From Chrysemys picta bellii (lineage: Eukaryota): a stretch of DNA of 64,000 nucleotides. The DNA lies in contig NC_088801.1 of the NCBI RefSeq assembly GCF_011386835.1, positions 2,666,001 to 2,730,000 on the forward strand. Direction: 5' to 3'. Position numbers and translations under genes: made by a program. Each line of letters opens with the position of its first letter. The stretch's first letter is position 1. The notes under the pieces are model-generated. The model did not search any database. It saw nothing but the letters and a program-made list of their open reading frames with translations, and was not told the DNA's origin. Of the stretch, positions 1 through 30,026 are shown piece by piece.

Positions 1-653
1 CCAAAGGAAACGACACTCATCACAAAAGCAGCCCGGGCTGCGCTGTGCGTTGCCTTAGTCACGTTCCCTGCCGGGGGCCCTGCCCCATCTACCCGCTTTG
101 CCCGTTAGTCTCAAGGCCTAAAGTCCAGCTTTCTAGGTGTCATGTGGAGCTCAGAACGCTTCACAGAATCAGGATGAGAAGATGGAGGGATGGGCCTGAG
201 GGTTCTCGATGCAGAAGGAGGCTGGATGGCGCCTGGTGCAGGAGCATCATTTAGGTTGCCCCATGGGGCACAAGACTGCCACCCACCTTCCCTGCCCCAG
301 GGGCACGAGACTGGACTCCCCCTGGGGGGAAAGCCGGGTATTCCCAGATGGTGGCGGTGAGGGGCACTGGGCCCAGGGCACAATCACCGCAGTCTCCTGG
401 CGCTAGTGACTCTGGGGAGCGACCAGCATGTGGGGTGTGGGCACGGTGCAGAAGCCCCCACTGCCACCCCTTAACAACAGGCTGGTGCCCCCCAAGCCCT
501 GCGAGTGGCCAGGCCCAGAGGGAGGCAGAGGTGGGGAGGGAACCGAAGGGGACAGGCCTGGCCGGGGAGCTTCCCCGGGGGGGAGGGGGATGGACCCCTG
601 CTGAAATTCACGCCTCCCCCTCCCCCCCTGAAATCTGACAAGGCGCTCCTGAC

Positions 654-19291
<18,638 letters not shown>

Positions 19292-19404
19292 GGTGGGCAC
19301 GCCAGCCTGACAGGGCAAAGTGGCACATTAGAGGATGTTCAATTCATCTCCCACCTCCTGGGCCTCCCTTTCCCCCTCAGGCCTATGCCAGCTGAGAAGA
19401 CGGA

Positions 19405-19700
19405 CGGTGCGACGGTTAGGGCACTAGCGAGGAGTTGGGGGACCTGGGTTTGAGTCCCTGTGCTGCCACAGACCTCCTGTGTGACCTCAACAAGTCACTG
19501 AGGCCCAGATCCTTTCAATAGGAGTCAGGTGCCTAAATACCTTGGAGCATCCAGGACGTCATCTCTCTGGGCTTCAGTCCCCTCATGTGGAAAATGGAGA
19601 TGAAAGTACCTCCCTACCTCAGTGTGTGTGGAGGGGGGGGGGGGGGGGGAGGGGAATGATAAACACATTAGAGATTGAGATGCTACGGTGCTACCTAGAA
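19405..19700 (+). mobile_element. MIR/CORE-type SINE, interrupted
   Basis: ggttagggcactag...gacctgggtttgagtccctgtgctgccacagac...tgtgacctcaacaagtcact, then cagtcccctcatgtggaaaatggagat; contains a long G run. Confidence 0.5.
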
Positions 19701-19712
19701 GCTTCTCTTGGG

Positions 19713-20400
19713 CAGTGGTTCCCAAACTGGGGTTTGTGAAATGTTACAGGGGGTTCTTGGGAAAAAAATCCCTAATGGCACACAGAACTTGCACGGGGCC
19801 AGCAGCCTGGTGTCCCTGGACTTCCAAGCTCAAAGCAAGCGGATCTATCACACTGAGGAGATAGAAACGTCAAGACTCCTAAGAACAACAAAAAATATCC
19901 ACCTCCCTTTCCATTGTTTTAAATGAAACAGGCAGCTAGGATTGTTTTTAAATGATTATGAAGAACAAGTTTAAGCTTTGTTGTAACGTGCGTTGTTTGT
20001 CTGGACTGGTCAAGCCCTGAATGCTTGTGTAGGAGGAACTCTTTGAGTTGGCTTCTTAAATACCTTCCTGCTGTTTGACATCTGATACTCCTTGATGAAA
20101 CCTAGGAGCCTTGTCTTCTAACAGGCTTATTCAAAGTGATACAAGCTACGAAAGTGAGAGCTCGGAAGAGTGTTGCCATTTTCATAATGTAATAAAAATA
20201 CTGTAATGATAAATAACAATTCATAATAAATAGTGTGCAATAAGCATGTCAAATTTTATATTTCCAAGGTCACTGCTTTTATAATTTATACTCCGGTAAA
20301 GGAGAAAATCCCTGGAAATATTCATTTTTAGGAGGGGATTCGTGAGACTTGACATTTTAGTGAAAGGGGTTCACAGGTTGTTAAAGTTTGGGAACCACTG
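19713..20400. mobile_element. Non-autonomous hAT (Charlie-type) DNA transposon in STK36 intron 1
   Basis: 16-bp TIRs CAGTGGTTCCCAAACT / AGTTTGGGAACCACTG; perfect 8-bp TSD CTCTTGGG (19705-19712 and 20401-20408); AT-rich interior with no intact transposase ORF. Confidence 0.9.
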
Positions 20401-21221
20401 CTCTTGGGAGACCTCCAACATCCCAGCCCCATCTCTGGCTTCCCAGTTCCCTGTCTTTCCTCCCCTACTCCCCATCCTCCTCCTGACACATCTCCAGCTC
20501 TTCTCATCCAGCTGCCTGGTTCTCCCTCTGTGCCAGCTCCAGATTCCATCTCTTCCTCTCCAGCCCCGCTGCCCAAACTCATCCGGGTCACCATTCCCTC
20601 TTCCCATGGCCTGCTCTGCTCCAGCCTATTCGGCATCCTGCAGCCACACTCCTCCCTGTCCTCCGGCCTGAACACGTCCTTCCCCCAGCTCCTGGCTCCC
20701 TCTACTCTCTTGGCATTTCACCTCCCTCCCACACCCTTAGCCTTCTGCTCTTTCCTCCAGGCCAAGGTCTGCATGGTCCCTTGTCCCAGCTTCTCGGCTC
20801 CAGGTGGCCTGTACATTTGGGCTGGGTCTTTATTTTATTATTAGTTATTTGTACGGCGCGGCGGGTGAGCTCAGCACCTTGCAGGTGGGGGTGAGGTCGG
20901 GGTCCATGCCCTGGACGCAAGCCCGGTTACCCGAAGCCCAAAGATCATCCGCGTCTCCCCACACTCAGAGCTGCGTATCCAGGAACCTACATGGCTCTCC
21001 TCAGGGTTGAGCCCCCCAGTATGTGCTCAGTACCCCGAGTCTCCCCAGGAGCCCTGACTCCCAGGTCTCCCTCACAGGGATGTGCCCCGTTCTGCTGCCC
21101 AGAGCTTGGCTGTCCATGGGCAGGGTCTGGTAGGTCAGACCAGATCCTATGCCCAGGATCACCCCTGCCCCCCCCCCGGATCACTGCGATCTGGGGATTC
21201 ACCTCTGCAGGATAGATCGAC

Positions 21222-21510
21222 TCCCCCCCCCCGCCAGGCGCAGGGATCCAGCCCCGCCCCCCCGCCAGGCGCAGGGATCGAGCCCCCCCCCCCCCGCCAG
21301 GCGCAGGGATCGAGCCCCCCCCCCCGCCAGGCGCAGGGATCGAGCCCCCCCCCCCCGCCAGGCGCAGGGATCGAGCCCCCCCCCCCGCCAGGCGCAGGGA
21401 TCGAGCCCCCCCCCCGCCAGGCGCAGGGATCCAGCCCCGCCCCCCCGGCCAGGCGCAGGGATCCAGCCCCGCCCCCCTCCGGCCAGGCGCAGGGATCCAA
21501 CCCCCCCCCG
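21222..21510. repeat. ~30-bp minisatellite, 9 copies with variable poly-C
   Basis: (C)n-gccaggcgcagggatc(g/c)ag repeated 9 times. Confidence 0.95.
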
Positions 21511-21519
21511 GGATCTGCC

Positions 21520-21960
21520 CCCGCGGGATCCCGGCCCCTCTCCCCCACCTGAGCGCCGGGCCCCGCTGCCGCCCGGGCCGTTCGTTGGGATCCACCCGCC
21601 CCCGGGGTGCCCGCACAGGTGCCTGACTGGATCCCGGCCTCGCACGCGGACGGAAAGGTGGCCAGGCCCGGCTTCGGCCCCGGCACCCCGCCGCACGGAC
21701 CCCGCGGTCCGGCCTGTCCCGGGGCTCGGCCGGCGGAGGGGCTCCAGCCCGCCTCTTTATACAGGCGCTGCCGCAGCCACCGCGCCCCGCCAGGACCCCG
21801 GGGACCCGCCGCGTCCGCGTCGCTTAGCAACCGCCCGTCGGGGCTGCCCTTCCGCCGGGGCCTCCGCGCACTTCCGCTTCCGGGGCAGGCAGGGAAGATG
21901 GCGGCGGCCAGCAAACGGGAGGAGGAGGCGGCGGCTGACTGGTAACTATGGCGATGGGCG
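21520..21960. promoter_or_regulatory. CpG-island bidirectional promoter of STK36 and RNF25
   Basis: Very CpG-rich; lies between divergent genes. RFX X-box-like GTCGCTTAGCAAC 21819-21831; tandem ETS/GABP cores ACTTCCG-CTTCCGG 21870-21883; YY1 motif AAGATGGCGGC 21895-21905 over the RNF25 ATG. STK36 non-coding exon 1 donor is unresolved (candidates near 21548 and 21627). Confidence 0.85.
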
Positions 21961-24900
21961 CGGGCTGGGACCAGCTCGGGGGCTGAGACAGGGGGACCCG
22001 GCCGGAACCCGGCCCCCTCCCCTCACAGCCCCCCTACCGGCCTGATCCCTTCTCCCACGGGGCCCTGGGGCTCTCCCCGCAGCTACACCCCGCAGCCAGG
22101 CAGCCCCGACCCCCTGCCCCCCTTTCCTGCTGCAGCGTTACCCCCCCCCGCGCCTTCCCCCACTACCCCGGCTGTGCGACTTCCCACTCTTCCCCCCCCC
22201 CCACGGCCGTGCCACTCCCCAGCCCCTCCCCCCCCCGCGCCTTCCCCCACTGTCCCGGCTGTGCGACTTCCCACTCTTCCCCCCCCCCCCCCCACGGCCG
22301 TGCCACTCCCCAGCCCCTCCCCCCCGCGCCTTCCCCCACTGTCCCGGCTGTGCGACTTCCCACTCTCCCCCCCCCTTCGGGCGTGCCACTCCCCAGCCCC
22401 TCCCCCCCCCCGCGCCTTCCCCCACTACCCCCGGCTGTGCGACTTCCCACTCTCCCCCCTCCCCCCCGGCCGTGCCACTTTCCACCCCCTGCGGCTATGC
22501 CACTTCCCACTCCCCCCCCCCCCCCCGCGCCACTCCTCTCCCCCCCACAGACCCAGCTGTGCCACTTCCAACCCACCCTCCCTCCCCCCGCCCCAGTCAT
22601 GCTATTTCCCAGTTTTGCAGACTGGGACCTCGGTTGGGTTGTTGCCTCCCTGGATTCCTTCCCTCCCCTCATTTGCAGTCAGGGTGCCGATTGCTGGGAT
22701 GCGATTACACATTCTGGCTTCCAGAAATGGCAGAGATGAAAGGCACCTTCAAAATGTGATCTCCTAATTCACCTGCTCTTGTGAGACGCGTGGAGGGGAT
22801 ATAATCTCTGAATGACCCGGGACTTGTCTGACCTGAGAGATGAGGGTGCTGGCACCACAGTGCCCTGTATGCAGCAACTTTAGCCGCCCCCTCCGAGACT
22901 CCTTCTTGGGTACTGGATCCCCTGAGTTTTCTTGGCAGTCTCCCATCTGAATACTGACCTGTCCCCAGCCTCCTTAATTCCGGATGTGAGGTGGTCATAT
23001 CTGGAGGTGATGCAGCCACAGGACAAGAATGAAATGGCTATGTCTAAAGGGATTTGTCAACTGAAATTTGGCCCAAACTTTAAACATAAAGCAAAAAGAT
23101 ATTTCTATAGTTCTTAAAAATTTCAAATACATGTTATTTTTAAACAAATAAACATGCTTGTGCTTTGTTTGCGACTCTGATGTTATAGCTCAGAGTCTGA
23201 AATGGAAACGTAGCTGAAACAAATGTTAAAGCCGAGAGTCCTGAAAAGAAAATTAAATAAAAAAAAAAGTTTTCAAAATTCTTTCATTTTTAATAATCTG
23301 AGAAATAAATGTTTGTAATTTACCTATCATGTGCATTACTGTAGTTCCGTAACGAGGGAGAGACCTCACCCCCTGAAGAGTTTATTATCTAAATAAACAA
23401 CAAGGAGTCTGGTGGCACCTTAAAGACTAACAGATTTGTTTGGGCATAAGCTTTCGTGAGTAAAAACCTCACTTCTTCGGATGCATAGCTATGCATCCGA
23501 AGAAGTGAGGTTTTTACTCACGAAAGCTTATGCCCAAACAAATCTGTTAGTCTTTAAGGTGCCACCAGACTCCTTGTTGTTTTTGTAGATACAGACTAAC
23601 ACGGCTACCCCCTATTATCTAAATGGGGAACACTGACAAAGGTGGGAGGGAAGTGACTTGCCAAAGGTCACACTACTGGTCAGTGGCAGAACCAGGAATA
23701 GAATGCAAGTCTTCTGAGTCCTAGCCCGTTGTTCTTTTCACTAGACCCTGCTGCCTTCCACATCACTTTTACCTAGACAATGTCTCTTTAAAACAAATGT
23801 TCATGGTATTATTATTTCTATTTGTAAATGATTGGGAGTTTCTGAGATGCTTCTGCTGTATAAGGTCCTAGGCAGACCTGTGCATTGCTCAGGGAGGAAG
23901 AGGAGGAGGGAGTCAACAAGAGAGAGTGGCTGTGTGATGTCCCTTCTCTATTCTCAGGGCTTTGCCATCAGAAGTGGAGGTCTTGGAATCCATATACCTG
24001 GATGAGCTGCAGGTGTCTCGAGGAAATGGCAGGTATTTGTGCTATTACCGGGTGTCACTAATTCTGAGGGGTGAGATTTCACCACTTTGGTGTACGTTTA
24101 TCTCCGAAGTCGGATCTCAGAGCTGTGCTGCTGGGAACAATCCTTGGACTGGCTTGGACACCCGTAACATCTGTGTACACAACTGTGGATTCTGCACTTG
24201 GGATTCAAGGCCCTGGTGAGCTGAGAATAAAGTTCCAATGGTCACCGTGTCCGGATTGAGTGTTCGCTCAGGGAGAGGGTTCTGCTGTCCTTAGCCCTAC
24301 ACCGGCGCTCCAGCACGCTGTGCTCCCTGGCTCGTACCTGAGCTACTGCCAATCTCTGCTCCTTTTCCTCAGAGCTGCTAGTGCACCTTGGCCCTGTGCC
24401 AATGAGCGTTTCCCCTGCGGGGGCAGGACAGGCACACTCAGCCTGCTGGTCTCCTCTGCTGCACCATGCACTGTAGCCCCTTTTCAGCCCCACAGGGCTT
24501 GCCTGGAAGGTTTGTGCTGCTGTGATGATACGCAGCCCATGTCACCTCACTGCACTGTCTGTCCTTCATTAATACTCCTCATGGGATAGCTGGACACTTC
24601 ACCTCAGCCTCCCTGTCCTCACAGGTCAGCGCCCTGGGAAATCTGCATTACCCTGCACCCTGCGACTGCGGAGGATCAGGACTCTCAGTACGTCTGCTTC
24701 ACTCTCGTGCTGTCTGTGCCCCCACAGGTAAGGTAACGGTGCCTGACCCCCAGGAGTGCAGCCACGCTTCACAGAGAGGGGCAGGGCAGGACTTTGGGCC
24801 CAATTCATCCCTGGATTTGTTTCTTTCTAGTATCCCAATGAAGTGCCAAAAATCTCGATCCGGAATCCACGGGGGCTGTCGGATGAGCAGATCCAGAAGT

Positions 24901-27900
24901 GAGTGCTGGGGAAGGGGTTTCCCCCCTGCCCTCGAGACACAGGAGGGAAGAAACTTCCCGCATTCCAGCTGGGGGTGGGAAACACGAATACCCCCTTTTC
25001 CCTCAGCTACATGGAATCGCTCTGTCTGCCACCTAGAGCTGCATCAGCCTGCACAGAAAATAAACAAAGGCCATTGAACCGTCCTGCTTCAGTGCAGGAC
25101 CAGCTGCTAGCTGCCTGGGGCTAGGAAAGAACAGGAGTACTTGTGGCACCTTAGAGACTAACAAATTTATTAGAGCATAAGCTTTCGTGGGCTACAACCC
25201 ACTTCTTCGGATGCATATAGAGAAGAAGTGGGTTGTAGCCCACGAAAGCTTATGCGCTAATAAATTTGTTAGTCTCTAAGGTGCCACAAGTACTCCTGTT
25301 CTTTTTGAGGATACAGACTAACACGGCTGCTACTCTGATACCTGGGGCTAGGAAGAAATTTCCCACTGGACTGGTTATTCCATCATTGTCCACTAGGGGA
25401 ATCTCTTGCACCTTCTGAAACAACTGGCCCTGTCCTCGTCCAGTGGGGCAGCTCCTGTGTTCTTCCCTCCCCAGTCCCAGAGGGTTGTGCACAGGTATGG
25501 TGAGATCTGGATAGTCTTTTGCTGCCAGCACGAGGCTTCGATCCTGCTGGAGCTAACCGTGGGTGTTTGGCCTGGTTTTAGTCTCTCTGCCTTGTCACCA
25601 GTGAATGCAGCAGAGGTTGGGTCAGCGGCAGAGTCGCTGGCCAGGTTAGCTCGTCACAGCAGGCTGCGTTGAGTAGAGGATCTTGCTGGGCGTCGGCCTT
25701 GGCGAAGGGCGTGTGTGTACCAAAGAATCCAGGGCAGTAGGTAGGCGCCAAAATCTGGTGCCTCAGACCTGTTCTCATGGGACTCCTCTTCCTCTGCCCC
25801 CACACCATGGGGGATGGGTAGAGGGGAGGGGGAAGGGTCTGAGCATGGTAACCAAATCGGAGCACAGGGATTTCTGTACCCGGCTTGGCACCACTATTGA
25901 CCAGTCCAGTGGCTGCCCACTGTATAGTAGCCGCTGTTCCCGTCTTACTGCTGCAGCTCATGAGAGGTTAGCGCGGCCCCTCCTTAGTCACGGGTTTCTG
26001 CCTCTCTGTTGTAGGATTTCCCAGACCCTGGGACAAGTTGCGGAGGCTGGGCTGGGGACAGCGGTGCTGTATGAACTGATTGAGGTGAGAGAGGAGGGGA
26101 GGCCTGGCGTGGGTTGGGCGTGGTGCTAGATGCAGCCCGATAGTGTCACGCGCTCGCCTGGTCTCTGCGTGCAGGTTGGTTGGGTCAGAGCCTAGGCCCA
26201 CCTGGTGCTTTGGGTGGGTAAAGTGTTCGTTCTCCCTCTTTCTACAGAAAGGGAAGGAAATTCTCACCGACAACAACATCCCTCATGGCCAGTGCGTGAT
26301 CTGTCTCTATGGCTTCCAGGTAGGAACCCCTGCGATCAGTGCGTGGCCCTGCGGTCTGCTGGGGAGGGACTGGCAGCCTGTACCCCAGGGCTTGTGGAGA
26401 TGGAGGGGGGGCTCTGGGAGCAGATGTATCTGAATCAGAGCCAGCTAAGGGTGGAGCATTAGTGGAAAGCCCCCTCACCGGGGAGGGCGCCGTGGGGCGC
26501 ACACAGGACTCCTTCCCAACGGCCCCATCTCCTTGTACAGGAGAGAGAAGCGTTCACAAAGACTCAGTGCTACCACTACTTCCACTCTCACTGCCTGGCT
26601 CGCTATGCCCAGCACATGGAGGAAGAAATCCACGTGCAGCAGGAAGAGAGAGAGCAGCACCTGGCACCTCCTTCCAAGCAGGTAAGAGGCCCCGGGCCCC
26701 TCCCCCGTGTCTCACAGAGGAGGCCTTGCTCTCCCAGGCCCGTCACGCAGTCCCCACTGCTCTAGATATGGCCACGCCTAAGAGCTCGCTCCTCGGAGTT
26801 GCCGTTTGGGTTACTGGCTCCGGATCGGTCTCGCCAATCTCCAGCCCGTGAAAATCACAAGTCAGGCCCCCAGAAATCATGGGATTGGCTACAAATCACG
26901 AGTTTAAAAACAGAATAAACTTGGGGCTGGTTTTGTCTGTCTTCTGGGTTCGGAGCCTGTAGGCTGCAGCTGGGTCCCGTTTTGAAGCTTCTCCCTGAAG
27001 CCACAAGGGCTAGAAACTGTCACTGAAATAACATAAGCTGAGATTCTCTCCTGCACGCACAACTCTGGGGCTGGGCAATCTATTAACCTTCTCTTTGGGC
27101 TTACTAATGCGCCCAGCCAGCCATCTGGACTCTGAGCGCTTGGCCACCCCTTGCAAAGTATGGAATGAGTCGCACCAGTGCCCAGAAAACAGGTCCAAGA
27201 CCCCTCACACCCAATGTCCCGAGAACAGCCCCTGCTGTCAAGCCTGAGGCATCTCAGCCAAGTAGTGTCTGTGGGGAGAGACCGTCCCTGACTTTATTGG
27301 TTACAACCAGCTCCTTTAAAGTTATTAATCAGCTGCTAGACTGCAACTCCCAGCATGCCCATGTGGCATAAATTGACCTAACTACCAGCCAGCCAAACCA
27401 GAGGAATCCCTCGGTGCATTTGGAGTGGGAGTTACAATCATCAGCAAAGCTATTGCAGTGCTGCTAAAAACGATGAGTCCTAAAGCTAAGCCTAGACAGC
27501 CGGGTAGCCAGGCATCCTCTGCCCTGCCAGAGCAACGCCTGGGACTCAAAGAACCCGGGGTTCGTTTCCTGGAGGGGCAGGGAGCAGGGTGGGAGGGGGC
27601 GGGGGGAGTTAGTGTTATGGGGCTGCGTGCCAGCTCTCTCTTCTCCCTGCAGGGAGTCGGAGTGCAGTGCCCCGTCTGCCGGGAAACACTAACCTACGAC
27701 CTCTCCGCTCTGCAGGCAGCGCCACCCCCGCAGCACCCGGTGGTAAGAACTCCTAGCTGGGACCCCGCCCATGGATCCGGGAGGGAGCGTTTGCGGTGTC
27801 CCTGAGGCACACTTCAGGGGCCTCCCCAGGCACCCGCACCCCCCGGGGCTGCTGTCTGCTTCTGCTGGGTATTTACCAGAACCCGGCAGATACTCACTGT

Positions 27901-29973
27901 TCACGTTAACGTTTGGGCTTAAATGCATCCGCCTCATAGCAGCTGGGCAGTCCTGACGTAAACTCTTCCCCTTTCCCGCCGGGTGCGGTCCCCATCTTCC
28001 TGGGGCTGGGAATGGAGCCGGAGAGGCGTGCCCAGCCACACTCAAGGACGTAGCCCATGGTTACTGTTTGCTTTTCGTGACCTGCCTATGGGAGGGGAAC
28101 GGGTCTGCGTGTGTCTGATGGGTATAGACACCCTGGAGAGGGACAGGTGCTGCTGTCCCTGGGGAAAGGACGAGGCTGGGGCCCTGCCCCAAAGAGCCTC
28201 CGGCCCAGCCAAGCTGCAGGGGTACTGGGATGGAATTAAGCCAAGGAAACATGGCTCAATTTCAGGCTGTTCCTGCACTCCCTAGAGCCTTCTCCCAAGG
28301 GGCAGGGCAGAGCGCCTGTCGCTTCAGTCAGTTAAGATCCAACAGGCCAAAGCCCTAGAGCACAAAGTGGAGGAAGTGATCCTGCCCTGGCTCTGGGGGA
28401 TGGGCCGTCCATGCTGTCCCTGCTCTGATTTCTAGGCTGCACGTAGAAAGAATTCCAGCTTCCCTTCAGTAAGTCTCTAGTTCTTGTTGGCTCATGTAGA
28501 TTCTGCCGGCCCCTTGCAGGGACATGGTTCAGCTGGTCCAGTCTGCTGTGTCTGACTGACACAGGGGAGCCCGTGTGCGTGAATGCCCCGGTCAGTAGCC
28601 CAGCAGGCTGCCAGCGTGGGGCTTGGGTGATTTACCCGTCTGAGAGCAGCCGCTCTGCCAGGCTGGATATTGACCGAGCACGGCACTAACTCTCCCCCAG
28701 GAGCCGTACAGGCCTGATGCAAAGGCACTACAGACCCGAGAGGAACTGCTCATAATCTACCAAAGGCAGCAGAAGAAGGGAGGCATCATTGACCCCGAGG
28801 CTGAGAGAAACCGCTTCTTCATCAGCCTCCAGGCGGTACGCTGCTCCTCGGGGCCGGGCGTTGTGGGGAGCTCTCCAGTGCCGCCCTAGTGTGGGGCAGG
28901 AGTGGCTCTGGGCGGCGTGTGCAGGGCTCTGCTGGGTCCTGCCTCCTGCTCGCTATGGGGACACTACAGATCCTTGGCACGTTCCAACATGCCAGAGAGC
29001 AGGTTGGGTGGGGGCGGGTTTCAGGTCCCAGACTGATTGGGGGGGGGGGGGGTCTCCAGAATGGGTGCTGGCTGTCCCAGCGCAGAGGGGCGACCAAGGG
29101 CTGCCTGGTGCTGGCAATAACTGGGGGGGGCGGGGTGTGGTTGTGGGAGCTGGGCCTGGGGCCTTTCTCTAAAGAAAAGCAGGAGGTAGGTGGTGTGGCA
29201 GGCCAGGCCCTTTCCTCACCATTGGCTCCTTTCTCGCTCAGCCTCCAGCGGCTGCGGATCCCGGCCCCGGAGCCGCCCCTGCCACGGAGCAGCTCTGCCA
29301 ACTCCCGGCCCCGGAATGTGCTGCGGAGCCTGTCAGCCCTCCCCAGGCTCCAGCTGTGGGCACAGAACCTGGGCAGCTGGCAAAAGCCTCGGTCCCCCTG
29401 GAGCCCCAGAGCAAGCGAGAGAGGCACCGAGGGGAGAGGCCGGGATTCCCAGGCCAGGGCAGGCAGCCGTACAGCGACCCACAAGCAGCAGCTGCGGAAA
29501 CTTGCCGCCTTCTCCGTGGCTCTGGGGGACCTGGCGGTTTCGACTGGAGACCCGACCGGAGGGAGGACAGGAGCCAGAGACCCAGTGGGGGATACAGCCA
29601 GGAGTTCCCGAAGCCGCACGGCAGAGGCAGAGTGGCTGCCTTTGCTGGTAGGAAAGAGTCGGGCCCTGCTGGCATCTTGCCCGGGAAAGGGGCGTTGGAC
29701 TCGAAAGAGGAGCATCCCGCTGTGGGGAGATGGACGCCGGAGCAGGGAGCTGAGACCCAGAGCAGGGAGAAGGAAAACTTGGCACTAAACCAGCATGACC
29801 CCAGGGCGCCCACTGGCTGGCAGGGCCATCACAGGACCTGGGACTGTGGGAGATGGGAGAAGTCCCGGGGCAGGGAGCGTGGTTCCTATCCCAGGGCGCC
29901 ACGGGGGCGAGGGGCGTTCAGGCCCAGTGCAAGGAGAGACCCCCATGGCCAAGTGAAGGAGGACGGTTCCTAG
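21898..29973 (+). CDS. RNF25: RING finger protein 25 (RWD + RING E3 ubiquitin ligase), 509 aa
   Basis: Exons 21898-21941, 23958-24032, 24625-24727, 24831-24898, 26015-26084, 26248-26319, 26541-26681, 27653-27742, 28701-28835, 29242-29973; all GT-AG and in frame (1530 nt). RWD (LPSEVEVLESIY, YPNEVP), RING (CVICLYGF...CYHYFHSHCL...CPVCR), C-terminus ...VKEDGS*. Confidence 0.97.
22141..22560. repeat. ~88-bp C-rich minisatellite, about 4.5 copies (RNF25 intron 1)
   Basis: cgcgccttcccccact..ccggctgtgcgacttcccactc at about 22149, 22236, 22325 and 22411, then decaying. Confidence 0.9.
23395..23612. mobile_element. Palindromic Penelope-like element end (non-autonomous insertion)
   Basis: Perfect 188-bp palindrome 23395-23582 (centre 23488/23489) plus a short tail; 12-bp direct repeat TATTATCTAAAT at 23383-23394 and 23613-23624. 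Structure is seen directly; the Penelope-like assignment is from recognition. Confidence 0.85.
23493..23533 (+). ncRNA. Minimal type I hammerhead-ribozyme-like motif (mirror copy on - strand at 23444-23484)
   Basis: GCAT-CCGAAGA-A-GTGAG-gttttta-CTCAC-GAAA-GC-TT-ATGC: helix I GCAT/ATGC, helix II GTGAG/CTCAC, palindromic AGCT helix III. Core deviates from CUGANGA (U4C) and has an extra A. Confidence 0.5.
23625..23760 (-). mobile_element. MIR/CORE-type SINE fragment, the insertion target of the palindrome
   Basis: aaatggggaacactgacaaag...gaagtgacttgccaaaggtcacac...ggcagaaccaggaatagaatgcaagtcttctgagtcc. Confidence 0.5.
25128..25340. mobile_element. Second palindromic Penelope-like end insertion (different subfamily)
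   Basis: Long inverted repeat with a central deletion and one mismatch; 14-bp direct repeat CCTGGGGCTAGGAA at 25114-25127 and 25341-25354; same tail (gatacagactaacacggct) as the 23395 copy. Confidence 0.85.
25175..25214 (-). ncRNA. Minimal hammerhead-ribozyme-like motif (the + strand mirror copy is broken by deletion)
   Basis: Minus strand GCAT-CCGAAGA-A-GTGGG-ttgtag-CCCAC-GAAA-GC-TT-ATGC. Confidence 0.45.
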
Positions 29974-30020
29974 CAGGAGGGGGCAGGGGCTGGTACGGGG
30001 GGGCCTTTCCTGGGGAGAAC

Positions 30021-30026
30021 AATAAA
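30021..30026 (+). terminator. RNF25 polyadenylation signal
   Basis: AATAAA 47 nt after the RNF25 stop codon. Confidence 0.75.

Noticed and set aside
1-653. STK36 apparently truncated, with no terminal exon
   Set aside because: Exon 654-1400 ends at a normal GT donor and no matching last exon is visible in 1-653; the window edge explains it.
21082-22767. Long Pro/Gly/Arg-rich ORFs around the STK36/RNF25 promoter
   Set aside because: Products of GC-rich VNTRs and CpG island lacking stop codons; open in several frames on both strands with no recognisable domain.
28822-29902. Overlapping 190-300 aa ORFs over RNF25 exon 10 as a hidden dual-coding gene
   Set aside because: Only the frame ending EDGS* matches RNF25; the others are expected at this GC content and have no domain signal.
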